A stretch of DNA of 64,000 nucleotides from Felis catus (lineage: Eukaryota). The translations under genes and the position numbers were made by a program. The notes beneath the pieces are model-generated. The model was not told the DNA's origin. It made no database searches and worked only from the letters and a program-made list of their open reading frames with translations. The stretch lies in contig NC_058368.1 of the NCBI RefSeq assembly GCF_018350175.1, positions 47,618,001-47,682,000 on the forward strand, in the 5' to 3' direction. Numbering within the stretch: the first letter of the stretch is position 1; every line of letters starts with the position of its first letter. Positions 39,503 to 53,322 of the stretch are shown in pieces.

Positions 39503-39981
39503 TACAATTTTTGTTAAAAAAAAAACTTCATTATACCTAGTGATTTAGTTTCATAAATTATCAGTTTTAGAAATGAAGATGTAGAAAAATGCTAAATTGC
39601 AATGTCATATTATTTTTAATAGAAATAAAGCTCAAATAAAAGGTTTTTATTTTTAGCTAATGGATGTTTATTAAAAGGAGATAAATTTTGTCACATATCT
39701 TCTCAAACCAACAAATGGCAAAAACATTTAGGTGACCCGTCCCTGAAACTGGTAATAATTCATATTTTATTTAACATTTTTCTTTGTGTTTACATATTAT
39801 TGTTATTATTATAAAGAATAGTTCTATTGATTAATAATTTTGAAAACCTTCAAAGTTACATAGGAAAAGCTCTTCTGAGTAACTCATGCAAGGGTACAGG
39901 CATACTGTACCTGTGCTAGAATAATAATCTTCAGTTTCTTATAAAATGTTGTAGATTTTCATGAAATCTGTTTTTCTTTAG

Positions 39982-40113
<132 letters not shown>

Positions 40114-40271
40114 TAAAATCATCTGTTCATTTTTTTTTTTTAATTATAAAGGCAACGTAAACATAATAGTGCTATCCATGAACTAAGGTTGTAAATTGGG
40201 AAGAAGAAATAATGAATATGGTTTTAAATAATGGTTTAAATAATATGGTAAATAATGAACATGGTTTTAAA

Positions 40272-40667
40272 TGTAATTTATCTTAGAGAAACTTAGGTCA
40301 CGTCACGTTAGGTGCTCACATTCCACCTTGTGATCAGAAGTCTTAGCCTGGACCTAACAGTGCTATGCTTACTAACAGCACTCCCCCCACCCTAGGAAGC
40401 AAAAAGCTATCCTGTCCTTGTTCCCCTACAATTCTTTAGTGGGATGGGGTTTAACCAAAGTGAGGGAGAACATAACCAGATGCCATTTGTGGAGACAAAA
40501 TAATTTTTTAAACAGATAAAATATACACATTTGCTTAGATTCTGTTGACTTTGCCAAGGAATTTTTTAGGGTTTTCTTCCCCTGACTCTTTACATGAAGT
40601 AACCCATGAATCACCTAAATATAAATAAACCCCTTTCACTTCCTTAAATTTAAATTGTGTTCTTACA
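40272..40667 (+). mobile_element. Possible ancient LTR relic
   Basis: Ends AATAAACCCC...TGTGTTCTTACA, typical of old mammalian LTR 3' ends; 5' boundary uncertain. Confidence 0.4.
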
Positions 40668-41599
40668 TGACACCTTATCCAAAGGACTTGCTCCACTTAA
40701 TAGCCATTCACATTCTTTAACTGTTCATCTATACAATCATTTTAGTCTTTTTAAATTGGAGTAAAAGAGTGATGTTATATAGAAAGAAAGATTTTAACTC
40801 ATGGATGGTTGATTAGTTGGCTTAGTTATTGGATTTTAAGGTTGTTAGAATAATTTAGATAAATTATTAGCCAATTCATAAATATAGAAGCAAAGAATTA
40901 GGTGGGAATAGAAATTGTTAAATTAAGGAATTGGAAAACAATAAGGAGAATATATTAAATTCAGATTTCCTAAGGTATATAATCAAAGTATAAAGCTACT
41001 GGTAATTAACTCTAAAGTATGGGAGGGTATTCTTTTTGATGGGTCAGAATAACCACCTTCTCTTGTTTCTATCCCACCAAAATAATTGGTCCAAAACTTT
41101 ATTCCTGATGTTTTTAATCTTAAGATGATAGGTTAAAATAATTTTAAATCACATTTATGCTTTAAAATGTCAATATAAGTAAGAATTTATTTTTGGATTG
41201 ATTTTGAAGTTAATTACATTTAGAATATGTATAGCCAGTATTCATTAAATTTACTGAATAATAAATAAACCAAATTAAGAAACTGTTAAATAATTCAATC
41301 AATTAAACAGTTGTTCTATAAATAGCTACTAGGGGCAATAGAAATTATGTCTTATCACTCACTGGGTACTTGGTTATCTTAGGGAAATTGAGGGAAGAAC
41401 TTTTTCTTCCTATATTATATACTTCTGGTATATTTGAAATTTTGTGTAGAATCTTTTTTTTTACCTTTTTAATCTTGGAGTGAAAACATAAAAGTCCTGT
41501 GGAAAAATTACCTTTCACAGTTACCTTCGAAGAAGTTTATTTGAATATTTATTTAACTAAGAATTAAGAGAGCTGAAAATCTTTAATACAGATTAATTA

Positions 41600-41782
41600 A
41601 TAATATTAATTATTAAATAGTTAGCTGTAGGAGGAAACTATAAAGATGAACAAATTCAGCCCTAGAGAAATTAAGTAACTTGTTATCTAAGAACATACTG
41701 TTTGGTCGTAGGGCCAAAATTTGAATCCAGATCTGTCTGCTTTCCAATTCTATACTCTTAACCATTATGTTATACTGCCTCC
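41600..41782 (-). mobile_element. MIR
   Basis: agagaaattaagtaacttg...atttgaatccagatctgtctg...ctcttaaccattatgttatactgcctc. Confidence 0.75.
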
Positions 41783-41984
41783 CTATGTTCTATTCTGAAT
41801 AAGGGGTAATTTTTCGTTAACTAATGTAATTAAGGAAGAGAAGCCAAAAAAAAAAAGTGTAAAAGAATAGTTAAATTTGGAGCTTTAATGAATTGACAGT
41901 TGTTGAAGCTAGGTGATGGATGCATGTGGGTTTGTTATATTTTCTCTCTTTCAAAATATTCCACATAAACTTGTTTTTAAAAAA

Positions 41985-42405
41985 CAGAGTTTAAAAGGGA
42001 ATACAGGCTCTACAGATAGGTTGCCTGGGTTCATATCTAGCTCAGTACTCAGCTTTGAATTAGAACAAGTCAGTTAAACTCTCGAAACCTCCACTCTCCA
42101 ATAGAACTCTCTGTAATGGTAAATATATTCCATATCTGCACTGTCCAGTATGGTAGCCACTACCCACATGAAGAACTAAATTTTTAATTTTAATTAAATT
42201 ACTTTTCATCTTAATTACCACGTATGGCCAGCTAATGGCTATGTTATTGGACAGTACAGCCAGTTTTCTCATTTGTGAACTGAGAGTAGTACTCTAGCAC
42301 TAGCAGTACCTAATTCATATAGTCATTTTGAGGATTAAATGATATAATCTCGGTGATATATATAGGACTGTGCCTACACATTATGAATGCTATATAACTG
42401 TTTGC
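41985..42405 (+). mobile_element. MIR interrupted by a MER3-like MITE (about 42093-42259)
   Basis: MIR core (cctgggttcatatc; cagttttctcatttgtgaa; gaggattaaatga) split by tccaatagaact...gtccagtatggtagccacta...ttggacagtacag. Confidence 0.75.
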
Positions 42406-42521
42406 TCTTTTGAGTATTGGTCTGACATGTAACAAATTTTCATGTTGAGAATTACCTTAAAAATAAGAAGTAACATTTCTCAAAATATCTTGAATTTTGA
42501 CAAAAATTAGGACTCCCTTAA

Positions 42522-43062
42522 TGTGAGAAGTAAGTGAGATGATTCATTTTCAGGAATACCGAATAAAAGCTGTGCTGTCTAGTTAACAATAGGTTTACAA
42601 CCTATTGGAAATATGTACAAACCCTCCCCCCCCCACCTCCCCCCCCCCCCCACACACACACACAGTCGAGTCCCAAACCCTTAGACACTTCACTTCCTGG
42701 TTCTTCTTCCCCTCTCCATTTCATGGGCTTATTTTTCACCAGCTTTGCAATGAGCATGTGCCAAAGAACTGAAGTCTCTGCGTCACCTCAAGGAATGTAC
42801 ATTTGTTCCAGTCAGGCTACTTTTTGGCCTTACATGGGCATAAGCGACTTCTGGGTAAGGCTGTAACCTCTGTAGTACTCAGCCAATGAGGAATCAGGGG
42901 AGGAACTTCCTGCAAGGAGATAAATTGCCTGCTGTAACCCCTCTGAGTGGATCTGTCCATCAGACACCAGCTCTTGCAAGAATGTTGATTAAAGCCTCAC
43001 TTCACTGTTCTCCTCGTCTCCACGTCTCTCCTATGATTGGGGCAATGGGCTTCTTTCTCACA
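42522..43062 (+). mobile_element. Solo LTR, 541 bp (class I/ERV1-like; family not determined)
   Basis: 8-bp terminal inverted repeat TGTGAGAA...TTCTCACA; flanks CTTAA/CTTAG; CCAAT 42883, GATAAA 42919 and ATTAAA 42988 in LTR order. Confidence 0.8.
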
Positions 43063-43752
43063 CTTAGTAACAGCAACAATAATCATAAAAACTATGCCAA
43101 TTACGAAAATTGGCATAAAATATAAATATATAAAAATATTTTTGTGCTTAAATCTGAGTCCTTTAAAGCTGTTCCATAAATTTACTGTATATTTTGATAG
43201 ATTCTGAACTAGTATTTCATAGGATATGAAACCTTGCTCTTAATTGAAGTAGCTATGCTACCTTGTAATGTGAAAAATTAAGGTGCTTTCAGTAGGTTAA
43301 TTATGACCTTTGAGATGCTGTTAAATGTACCTTAATGACATGAATGAAATACCATAAAAATAGCCCGATCAACGAGTCAGATACAGCAGTCTATCTACCA
43401 TCACTCCTACTCTGAGCTGATGACATTTCAGATGTAGTGGAATTATCCTGGGCTTTGAGCACACATCAGCCTGCTTTCTTTTGTCATAGTAAATGTGCCT
43501 GTAAAATACAGATCTTAGCGTGAACATCAAGGGTTAGAAGTGAAAATTAAATGAAATGACCTATATAAAGCTTCTGGCACATGAGGAAACTTGGTAAATA
43601 TTACTTCCCTTCCTTTTGTCCTTCATTAATTTGAAATGTAAACATAAAATGACCCATTCAAAAAGATTACTGAGTGGTTGTTCTTGAAAATGCCTGTTCC
43701 TTTTTGCTGCATGTTGATTTTAATTGTAAGGAATATTTATATTAATTGATTA

Positions 43753-44486
43753 TTTTTTTAATTGAAGTATAGTTGGCATGCCATATTATATTAGTTTTAG
43801 GTGTACAACATAGGGATTAGACATTTAGATACGTTACAAAATGCTCACCATGGTGTGGCTGCCACCTGTCACCATACAAACTTATTACAGTATTATTGAC
43901 TATATTCCCTATGCCATACGTTTCATCCCCGTGACTTACTTATTTTATAGCTGGAAGTTTGTACCACCTAATCCCCTTCACCTATTTTATCCAAGTCCCG
44001 GCCCCCTCCCCTCTGGCAACCACCAGTTCTTACAACTATTTTCACCAGTTTTTATGAGTCTTTCTGTTTTGTTTTGTTTGTTCATTTGTTTTGTTTTATA
44101 GATTCCACATGTAAGTGAAATCATGCAGTATTTGTTTTTCTCTATCTGACTTACTTCATTTAGCATAATACCCTCTAGGTCTATCCATGTTATTGCAGAT
44201 AGCAAGATTTCATTCTTTTTTATAACAGACTAATATTCCCATGTGTGTGCATGTGTGTATACACACTACGTCTTTATCCATTCATCTATCTGTAGGTTAC
44301 CTTTTTGTGTTCTGTTGATGGTTTCCTTTGTAGTTTCAAAGCTTTTTAGTTTGATATAGTCCCAATTGTTTATATCTGCTTTTGTTGCCCTTGCCTAAGG
44401 AGACAGATCCAAAAAAATAATTGCTAAGACCAATGTCCAAGGGTTTATTGCATATGCTTTCTTTTAGGAGTTTTATGGTTTCAGTT
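43753..44486 (-). mobile_element. Carnivore L1 3' end with internal deletion
   Basis: Minus-strand AITWIDLEGIMLNEVSQIEKNKYCMISLTCGI; jumps to upstream ORF2 sequence near 44295. Confidence 0.85.
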
Positions 44487-45481
44487 AAATGATTACCTTT
44501 TAAATATTTCTCTATTCAGTAAAAGCTCTTTAAAGAACTGAGTAATTTTATCATTTTCTTAGAAAATAAAACAATACCACTATACCACACCCATGACTTG
44601 CAAATTTAGCTATACATATTCAATGTGTAGAAAGATTAAATATGTACTAAAATGAAATCATTATAAACACATTAAAAGCTAACATTTGAGATATCACTAT
44701 TAACTACTTTAAATCCCCCTATCATTAAAGTAATAATCCCTTCTAAAAGTAGTACTGGTAAACTTTCTACCAAGCCACAAGAGACAGTCTGGGTTATATA
44801 GTTTGTTTGATCTATAGTTCACAACTGAACGAAGCATGGAAAGAGAATAATTAGCATAAATTTCCTTTCCCGGTTGTCAGTTCTCAGTTTATTCTTTACT
44901 AGTAGTTTAAGAAGAAAAAACTACTTAGCCTTGTAAAGCTAAGTCAGGGTATACTGATCCAGGAAGTTAAAGAAGAGTATATCAGGAATATGTTTTCATA
45001 TAGCAGGTGACACAGAGCCATAAACATGAATTTCTGAGTAATAATTAACAGTGAATTAAACAATTATGGGTGTAATAAGCCATTCACGATAGATGTGCTT
45101 ATAAGGAGATTTGTTTTGTAGTTGCTTTATGAGTCACGCATGGAAGCTTTGTATTTTTAAAGGTAAATTTCCACTGTTGTGAAATGTGTCTTAAGGAGAC
45201 TAAACTTCGTTTGAGTAATTACATACATACTGGAAGAAAACAGAGTATAATAATCGTCATATTCAGTTTTAGAGACCCATGTGTTGAAGATGGCCTCCTT
45301 TGTGGTTTAAGAGTATATTATAGAGAAGGCTGAGACTTAGAAAATATATGCCCAAGTATTGTCTGAGGAGTCTGTACTGTTTGTCATAAACCCACATCTT
45401 GCAGATAGAACAGAGTTGCTCTGTAAACCAATTTATACACCTAGCTTTTATTCTGTATTATACAGTTACTTTTGCTATTTA

Positions 45482-45499
45482 TTTTTTTTACTTTTTTTA

Positions 45500-45563
<64 letters not shown>

Positions 45564-45735
45564 GCGCACGCGAGCAAGCACAAGTGGCGGAGGCAGAGAG
45601 AAACACAGAATCCAAAGCAGGATTGGCTTTGAGCTGTCAGCACAGAGCCCAACACATGGTCCGAACTCACAAGCAGTGAGTTCAGGGCCTAAGCCGAAGT
45701 CAGATGCTCAACTAAGTGAGCCACCCAGGCTCCCC
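45482..45735 (-). mobile_element. CanSINE with (GT)n(GA)n microsatellite
   Basis: TSD TTTTGCTATTTA. Confidence 0.88.
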
Positions 45736-46344
45736 ATTTTTGCTATTTAAATATGGAATATTTACTTTATTCTGGAAAACACTGAACACTACATATAAAG
45801 GATTTCTAATGAATTATCCAGTCAAAATCCTTTATCACCTCAACATTCCTCCATTCCTGTTGCACTGCATTTTAAGGGCCTGTTGGTATTTGAGAGTATG
45901 TATGTGTGTGTGCATATGTGTACTGTATGTGAGTGTATGTTTACATACGATGTGTATGTAACATGTATATGAACATTAACATGCGTGTGAACATTAATAC
46001 ATTTCTATTCCTCGAAAAATCCTAGTCCTATGTTACTGGATGTTTATTTTAATTTCGAAAAATGTTTTATCTTCTTCATGATGATTCTAGCTAAAGATAG
46101 ATTTGAATTCAACAGTTACAGAAACATCTGATCTTTACCAGGCTTTGGAAGACTCTGGCAGAATCTGGCGTTCAGTTACATTATATTATTTAGTTCTTTT
46201 CAACTCCAAGGCTCAGTAAGATCTCTGATGCTTAATTCTGAAAGTCAAATCTGTTTTTCTGCTAAGTTGCTAACCTGTATGGCATTTAATTACTGTTTTT
46301 CTGTGATACTTGTTTTTCATCTAAAGTAGTAATACCATATACAT

Positions 46345-46545
46345 TTATGTCAGGTTTTATGTGTTCAATTCTTTATATAATCATTTCACTAGATAATTCA
46401 TATATCACTTTGACATACATGAGTATTATTTTCCACTTTTACAGATGTGAAAACTGAGGCTTAGTCATGTGGTGTGATTTATGCCACACACTTGTGTCAG
46501 TGGCACAGTTGGAAACAAAAGTCAGAATTGCATCTTGTGTTTTCT
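46345..46545 (-). mobile_element. MIR
   Basis: ccacttttacagatgtgaaaactgaggcttag core. Confidence 0.75.
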
Positions 46546-47242
46546 CTCAGAGGACAAACTGTGGTGCTTCCTTGGGGAAGTTCACGGTTACTAGGAAAAA
46601 AGAGAATGTGAGCTTTTTCCTCTTAAATCCTTGGAATTACCAGTTCTTCCAGAATACCTGCTACTATTCCCTGAATTTAAAAACAAAAACAAAAACTTCT
46701 GCCTAATTTAAAAATTGATGGCTTTCCATTTTGTTAAAGGATAACTTAAAACATGTTACCTGTTCAGCAAAATAATCCTCACTAGTTTTACCTTCACAGA
46801 TTTTGTTTTGACATTTATGGAATTACGGTATTTTAATTCACTGTTGCTTTTCTTATTCTCGTTGTAGTGCTGAGTAGATTCATTCCAGGGGCTTTCAAAG
46901 AGTATTTCATTTAACGGTTCTAATTAGTTTTTATATGTTGAATAATAAAACTCCAGACAATATAAATCATGCCTCAAATATTTATCTTTTAAAATATTAA
47001 TATATTCTTCTATTTAGGCTTTTTTCACCCTTTCGTATCAGAAAACAGGTCCTATCTAAGGGAAATTCACAAGGCAAACTTAGAAGTTAAAGATTGAACT
47101 AAGAATATAGAGACAAAAATTTTTTTCCCAAGTTTACCACATACTGAATATCTGATTCATTTATCTAATTCAATTATATACCTGGTAATTTAGTGTGCAG
47201 TAAATTATAAAATGTTACTTTTAGTTTTAAGGTTAAATTTTT

Positions 47243-47455
47243 TTTTTCAACGTTTATTTATTTTTGGGACAGAGAGAGACAGAGCATGAACGGGGGAGGG
47301 GCAGAGAGAGAGAGAAGGAGACACAGAATCGGAAACAGGCTCCAGGCTCTGAGCCATCAGCCCAGAGCCTGACGCGGGGGCTCGAACTCCCGGACCGCGA
47401 GATCGTGACCTGGCTGAAGTCGGACGCTTAACCGACTGCACCACCCAGGCGCCCC
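47243..47455 (-). mobile_element. Young SINEC_Fc-type SINE
   Basis: Perfect TSD AAGGTTAAATTTTT (47229-47242, 47456-47469). Confidence 0.95.
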
Positions 47456-47842
47456 AAGGTTAAATTTTTAATTTGACTTCTAGTATCTTGAGTTTTACTA
47501 TTTTGCCCATACATACTTTACCTTTTATATAAATCCCACTTCATCTTTTTACATTTCAGGATTAAATAGTCACCTTTAAAACACAAATTTTATACCCCTA
47601 CTAGGCAGGAAAGATTCTCAGAAAACATCTCATTTGCACTGTCAAATGATTATTAAAAGAAAAAGTCTTCTTAGAAAATAGCTAGCTGTTGGTTAAATCA
47701 AACATTATAGTGGATGGTCTGATAGATATCTTTATAGAGTATAAATTTAATTTCTCTTTAATTCAAGCCATCATATTTGTCTTTAGCCTTTTGCTTTTTT
47801 CTATTTATTAATTAGATTTACACCAATATGATGACTTTTTAA

Positions 47843-48097
<255 letters not shown>

Positions 48098-48534
48098 TGA
48101 TACACTTTATTCATTGTGAATTAATTTATACTTTATTCTTGGGTTAATCCTTATTCCTGGAATACTCCTTGTTATTGACCCCTTATTGCCTTGTTCATAT
48201 ATCTGGAATTGAATTTCCACATTATTTAATAATTGTTTTATCTCTTTCTCACTAGACAGTATATTTCCTTAGCATACCTCTGTCTCATTCATCATTGTAT
48301 TGCCCATATACTGTATGTATGTCTAGTGTGTAATATTTGTGTTGAACTTTAGAGTCCATAAAGGATTTTTTGTTGTTATTCCTCACCAAAAATCCTTTAG
48401 AGCTAATAAAATTTCCTCATTTTATAAAAGGACAAATGAATGTCTAGTGGCTTGCCCAAAGGAGAAATGAGTTTTGAGTGGCTTGCCCAAAGCCAGTTAG
48501 TAACTAAGAGATAACCCCATTTTTCTTTCTTGTT

Positions 48535-49485
48535 TTTTTGAGTCAGACTTATTGAAGTACAGTATACCCACAGTAAAATTCATGCCCTGTTTAAGCATAC
48601 ATTTCTATGATTTTTGACTGACACAGCCAGTTTCATAACCATTACCATAATCAATAAAGAAAATAGTTTTATCACTTCAGGAAATTCCTTCATGCCCTTT
48701 TTGTGTCGACCCTTCTCCCCAGCTCCAGTCCTAGCAACCCCTTATCTATTTTCTGTCCCTATAGTTTTACCTTTTCCAACAAAAGATTTTACATTTCCCC
48801 AGAATGTTGAATAAATGAATTATCAGTCTTTTCAGGTTGGACTTTTTTCACTTACCATAAAAAAGATACACCGAGGGGGCGCCTGGGTGGCTTAATCAGT
48901 TGAGCTTTGGCTCAGGTCATGATCTCATGGGTCGTGAGTCTGGGCCCTGCGTTGTCAGGCTCTGTGCCGACAGCTTGGAGCCTGGAGCCCGCTTCAGATT
49001 CTGTGTCTCCCTTGCTCTTTGCCCCTCCCCCACTCATTCTCCCTCTCTCTCTCCCTTTCTCTCTCAAAAATTTAAAAAGGGATATACCTATGTTGCTGCA
49101 AATATTAGTCATTTATTCCTTTTTGTTGCTGAGGAATATTCTATTGTATGGATATACCAGAGTTTGTTACTCCATTCACCAGTTGATGATCATTTGACTT
49201 GTTTCCATTTGGAGGCGTCTTGTAAATAATACAGCTGCTGTAAATGATTGTGTACGTGTTTTGGTGTGAATGTCAGTTTCCTTTTCTCTTGGTAGATACC
49301 CCAGGAGCAGGATTTATGGGTCCTATGGAAAGTATATGTTTAACTTTATAAGAGACTGCCAAACTATTTTCCACAGTGACTGCACCTTTTGCATTCCCGT
49401 CAGCAATGAATGCGTGTTCCAGTTGTTCCGCATCCTCGCCAACAGTTGGTATTATGAAGCCTAGTTTTTTAATCCAGTGCATTTT
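48535..49485 (-). mobile_element. Old L1 3' end with nested + strand SINE (48875-49075)
   Basis: Antisense L1M 3' UTR/ORF2-end motifs (ccattcaccagttgatg, gactgccaaactattttccacagtg). Confidence 0.8.
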
Positions 49486-50837
49486 TTCCATTGAACTATC
49501 ACTGCCTTGTCTTGGCCATGTTTTTGCCATTTTGTTATCCTAACAGAGAAAGAAATGCTCAAAACAGATCATTGGTTTATAAGTATCCTGAAGACATTGT
49601 TTCCTAGTCTGGGAAAGCTATATCAGGTATTTGGGAAGAAATTATTGGAAAGATATTATTGAGAGAGATGAAGTGGGGAATATTACTGGAAGCAGTTCAG
49701 AAGTGCATATCCTAGAAGTGGTGTCAGGGGAATTGCAGGGTTGTCTCTCTGTCTTAGAAATGGCCTTTAGAGTAGGTTCTCTTAAAGGTGTATTTTATAT
49801 GTTGGGTGAAAGGGATAAGGTGTCCCTGGACTAGATTTTAGAGATGACTTTTGTGTAGCTAACTAGATCTAACAACAGGTGATATAGATTAGGAAGAGCT
49901 TCTCTGAAGATACTTACTCTTTTTTTCTGGCTTTCAGGCCTCATCTACTACCACTTGTGTCCTAAGATTCTGCCTTCAAATAGTTGTTTCTTCACTGTGG
50001 AAGCCTGATTCATTCACTATGTGAATTTTCACAAATGTTTTCCAAAATTGACTATTTAGGAAATAGTTACTGCAGATGTCCATTCAGCGATACCGGCTAC
50101 TTTTTTTCCATAAAGCTGCATAACAAGTATGTTTTTGGAATGGCGATTCTCATTTGTTTTTAGAAGATTATGCTACACTCTGAAAAAGATAGGAGCAACT
50201 TTATATATTTTATACATCATGCTTGGAATCACATTATTCATGAGTCCAAATAAAAACTCAAAGTTCTACTTAGTGGCTTGAGAATTGAGTAAGTTTAGAA
50301 GAAAATATGTTTAAACATAGAAATTAAATACTAGCAAAATGAAACTCCTACTATATGACACCAATGAAATGTGCGTGGATACATGTCTAATTATGAGTTA
50401 ATTTTCATGCATTTGATGGGATCTTCATTTTGGCAATTACATTTTAATAATCCAACATTATAACTTTTCTTAATGCCAAACATCTAAAGAAAAGGAGCTT
50501 TATTTCTTTTCAAAGCAAAATAAAAATTGAAGCTTAATAAAATAAGCGATACAAATTTTTCATCTTTTTCTAAGAAACAGTTTAATGCCAACTTGCATAG
50601 AACATGCAGATACAAAAGCAAGTGTAAACTGCTTATATGGAAGGGAATGGCAGGTGACTCAGGGCAATGCTTGACCATTCACTTGAATATTTACCTGATG
50701 AAACAGAGAGTCTGCAGAATTGATTTATTCATTTTATGGCTCTGATGGGTCAAGTGCTTAGAATAGCCAATAGATAACAGTCAGATAAGAATACCTCTGA
50801 TAAATGTAATATTTTGAAAGTGAAAATCAGGGCTGAG

Positions 50838-51070
50838 GGGGCTCCTGGGTGGCTCAGTCAGTTGAGTGTCCAACTTCAGCCCAGGTCATGATCTTACAGC
50901 TAGTGAGTTCGAGCCCCGCATCGGGCTCTGTGCTGACAGCTCAAAGCTGGAGCATGTTTCAGATTCTGTGTCTCCCTCTCTCTCTGCCCCTCCCCTGCTT
51001 ATGCTCTGTCTCTTTCTTCCTCTGTCAAATAAATAAATATTTTTTTTTTAATAATAAAAAAAGAAAGAAA
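50838..51070 (+). mobile_element. CanSINE
   Basis: TSD GAAAATC(A/G)GG(G/A)CTGAG. Confidence 0.9.
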
Positions 51071-51076
51071 GAAAAT

Positions 51077-51195
51077 CGGGACTGAGACTAAGGTGAGGCA
51101 AACAAACCACCTAGGGCACAAAATATAGGACGTGCCCACTCTGAGGATCATGCACAGTGCACCTGAGAGCTTGCCCCACCCTAGGCAGGACCCTG
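51077..51195. mobile_element. hAT-Tip100 MITE (MER96-like)
   Basis: Imperfect terminal inverted repeats: ...actaaggtgaggcaa / ttgccccaccctagg...ccctg. Confidence 0.55.
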
Positions 51196-51359
51196 GGAAA
51201 ATTGTCTAGTATGAGTCACTGCTTTAATCCCAGCTAAATTTTCTGTTTAAATCCACATGTGATCAAATGCACATTTTAAAGTTTTTCATTGCCTTTTTTG
51301 CACTGGACAATTTAACTTTTTAAGTGTCACTTAGTTCCAATAAGACTTTAGGTGGTCCT

Positions 51360-52060
51360 GAGGTGCCTGGGTGGCTCAGTGAGTTAAGCATCCGACTCTT
51401 GGTTTCAGCTCAGGTCATGATCTTATGGTTTGTGAGTTCAAGCCCTGCATTGGGCTCCATGCTGACAGTGCAGAGCCTGCTTAGGATTCTCTCGCTGTCT
51501 CCCTCACCCATTTTCTCTCTCTCCCTCTCTCTCTCTGTCTGTCTCTCTGTCTCTCTCTCTCTCTCCTTCTCTCAAAGTAAATAAATACACTTAATAAAAT
51601 AAAAAGACTTTTTTTTAATTTTTTAATGTTTATTTTTATTTTATTTTATTTTTATTATTTTTTTAATGTTTATTTTTGAGACAGAGAGAGACAGAGCATG
51701 AACGGGAGAGGGTCAGAGAGAGAGGGAGACACAGAACCTGAAGCAGGCTCCAGGCTCTGAGCTGTCAGCACAGAGCCCGACGCAGGGCTCGAACTCACAG
51801 AACGTGAGATCATGACCTAAGCCAAAGTTGGACACTTAACCGACAGAGCCACCCAGGCGCCCCTAATGTTTATTTTTGAGGGCTAGAGAGACAAAGTGCA
51901 AACTAGGGAGAGCAGAGAGAGAGATAAAAATAGAATCTGAAACAGGCTCCAGGCTCTGAGCTGTCAGCACAGAGTCTGACATGGGGCTCAAACCCATGAA
52001 CTGAGATCATGACCAGAGCTGAAGTCAGACATTCAACCAACTGAGCCACTCAGGTGCCCC
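51360..52060. mobile_element. Three-SINE nest: one + strand (51360-51595) and two nested - strand copies (51612-52060)
   Basis: Three TSD pairs: agacttta(ggt/gat)ggtcct, aaaataaaaagacttt, taatgtttattttt. Confidence 0.9.
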
Positions 52061-52929
52061 AAAATAAAAAGACTTTAGATGGTCCTGTACTATGAAATGA
52101 GATCGCCCACTCCTTTACATAATTATCCAAGTATGCGTTAAATGAAAAAAGAAAACAGATGAGATAATTCTAGGTTGACAATTCTAAGACATTGGGGCAT
52201 GACCATAGAGGGTTTTTATTTTCTATATTAATTAGTGTTAGATCAAAATTACTTGCTTAAAAGTAGCTAAGTTAAATATCACAGAGTTAAATATTATTGT
52301 CCCCACTTTTACAGACAAAACTGAGGCTGATAAGAGTTAAAAAAAACTAAACCATGATTATATACTTACTGTCAAAACTAAAAGAAAATCCTTTTTTTTT
52401 TTCCTGAAACAAAAGCTTATGATCTTTTTCCTTATTTCCATTTAGACAAAAACCTCATGATGAATTATTGCTTGCATTAGTTCCAGGAAATATTTTTGCC
52501 ACTGTAGATGAAGTTATATTCTTTCTTTTTTGTCAGAAAGTGAAAACTATGTAATTTAATGTGTTTCCTTTTTGTCTTAGTTGCCAAAACTCTCAGAGCT
52601 GAATATCTTATCCAGGTGTTATAATCTTTTTTTCCTCTTTCACTTTTGATGCCTCAGAATAACTTTCTCTGTTTCTTTCAATAGGTTGTGATCTTTTTTA
52701 CCCTTAAATGTCTTTACTTATATACTGAGACCTCTGAGGTGTAAAAATATAAAATAATTCAATCTTAAATAATGAGGTAAAAAGGAGGTCAAGGAAAAGA
52801 TCAACTCCTAGGACCCCACTGTTGGATAGCATAGCAGGGCTTCAAGCTAAATAATTCAGTTTTGAGTAAAAGAAATGGATGACTTGGAATGTCTTCTTTC
52901 TTGTTGAGTGTACCTCTCAGGACTCTTTT

Positions 52930-53094
52930 TTTGTTTGTTTTTTAATTTATGTATTTATTTTGAGAGAGAGAGAGAGAACACGAGTCAGGGAGAGGCGTCA
53001 GAGAGAATCCCAAGCAGGCTCTGTACTGCCAGTGCAGAGCCGAATGTGAGGTTTGAACCCACAAACTGTGAGATCATGACCCACCCAGGCCCCT
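52930..53094 (-). mobile_element. CanSINE with internal deletion
   Basis: gagatcatgacc joined directly to cacccaggcccc. Confidence 0.8.
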
Positions 53095-53322
53095 ATCAGG
53101 AATCTTCTTTAATGGCTTTTTCATGTTTCGTCCATTTTTATCCACTCATCTTTGCCTCATTGAAACAAGATTTGCTGATTTGGAAATTCTAATTCTGTGC
53201 TTCTGTGGGTATATTTCATCATACGCCCTTAGAATATAAGTTTTCAAGAGTTGGAAAATCATATTTAACCAGCCAAATGTCTAATAGAATACTGAGCATA
53301 ATTTTAAAAAGCTGATGTAAAA

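Noticed and set aside
40207..40273. Imperfect tandem repeat of aaataatgaa(t/c)atggttttaaat
   Set aside because: Ordinary AT-rich slippage duplication.
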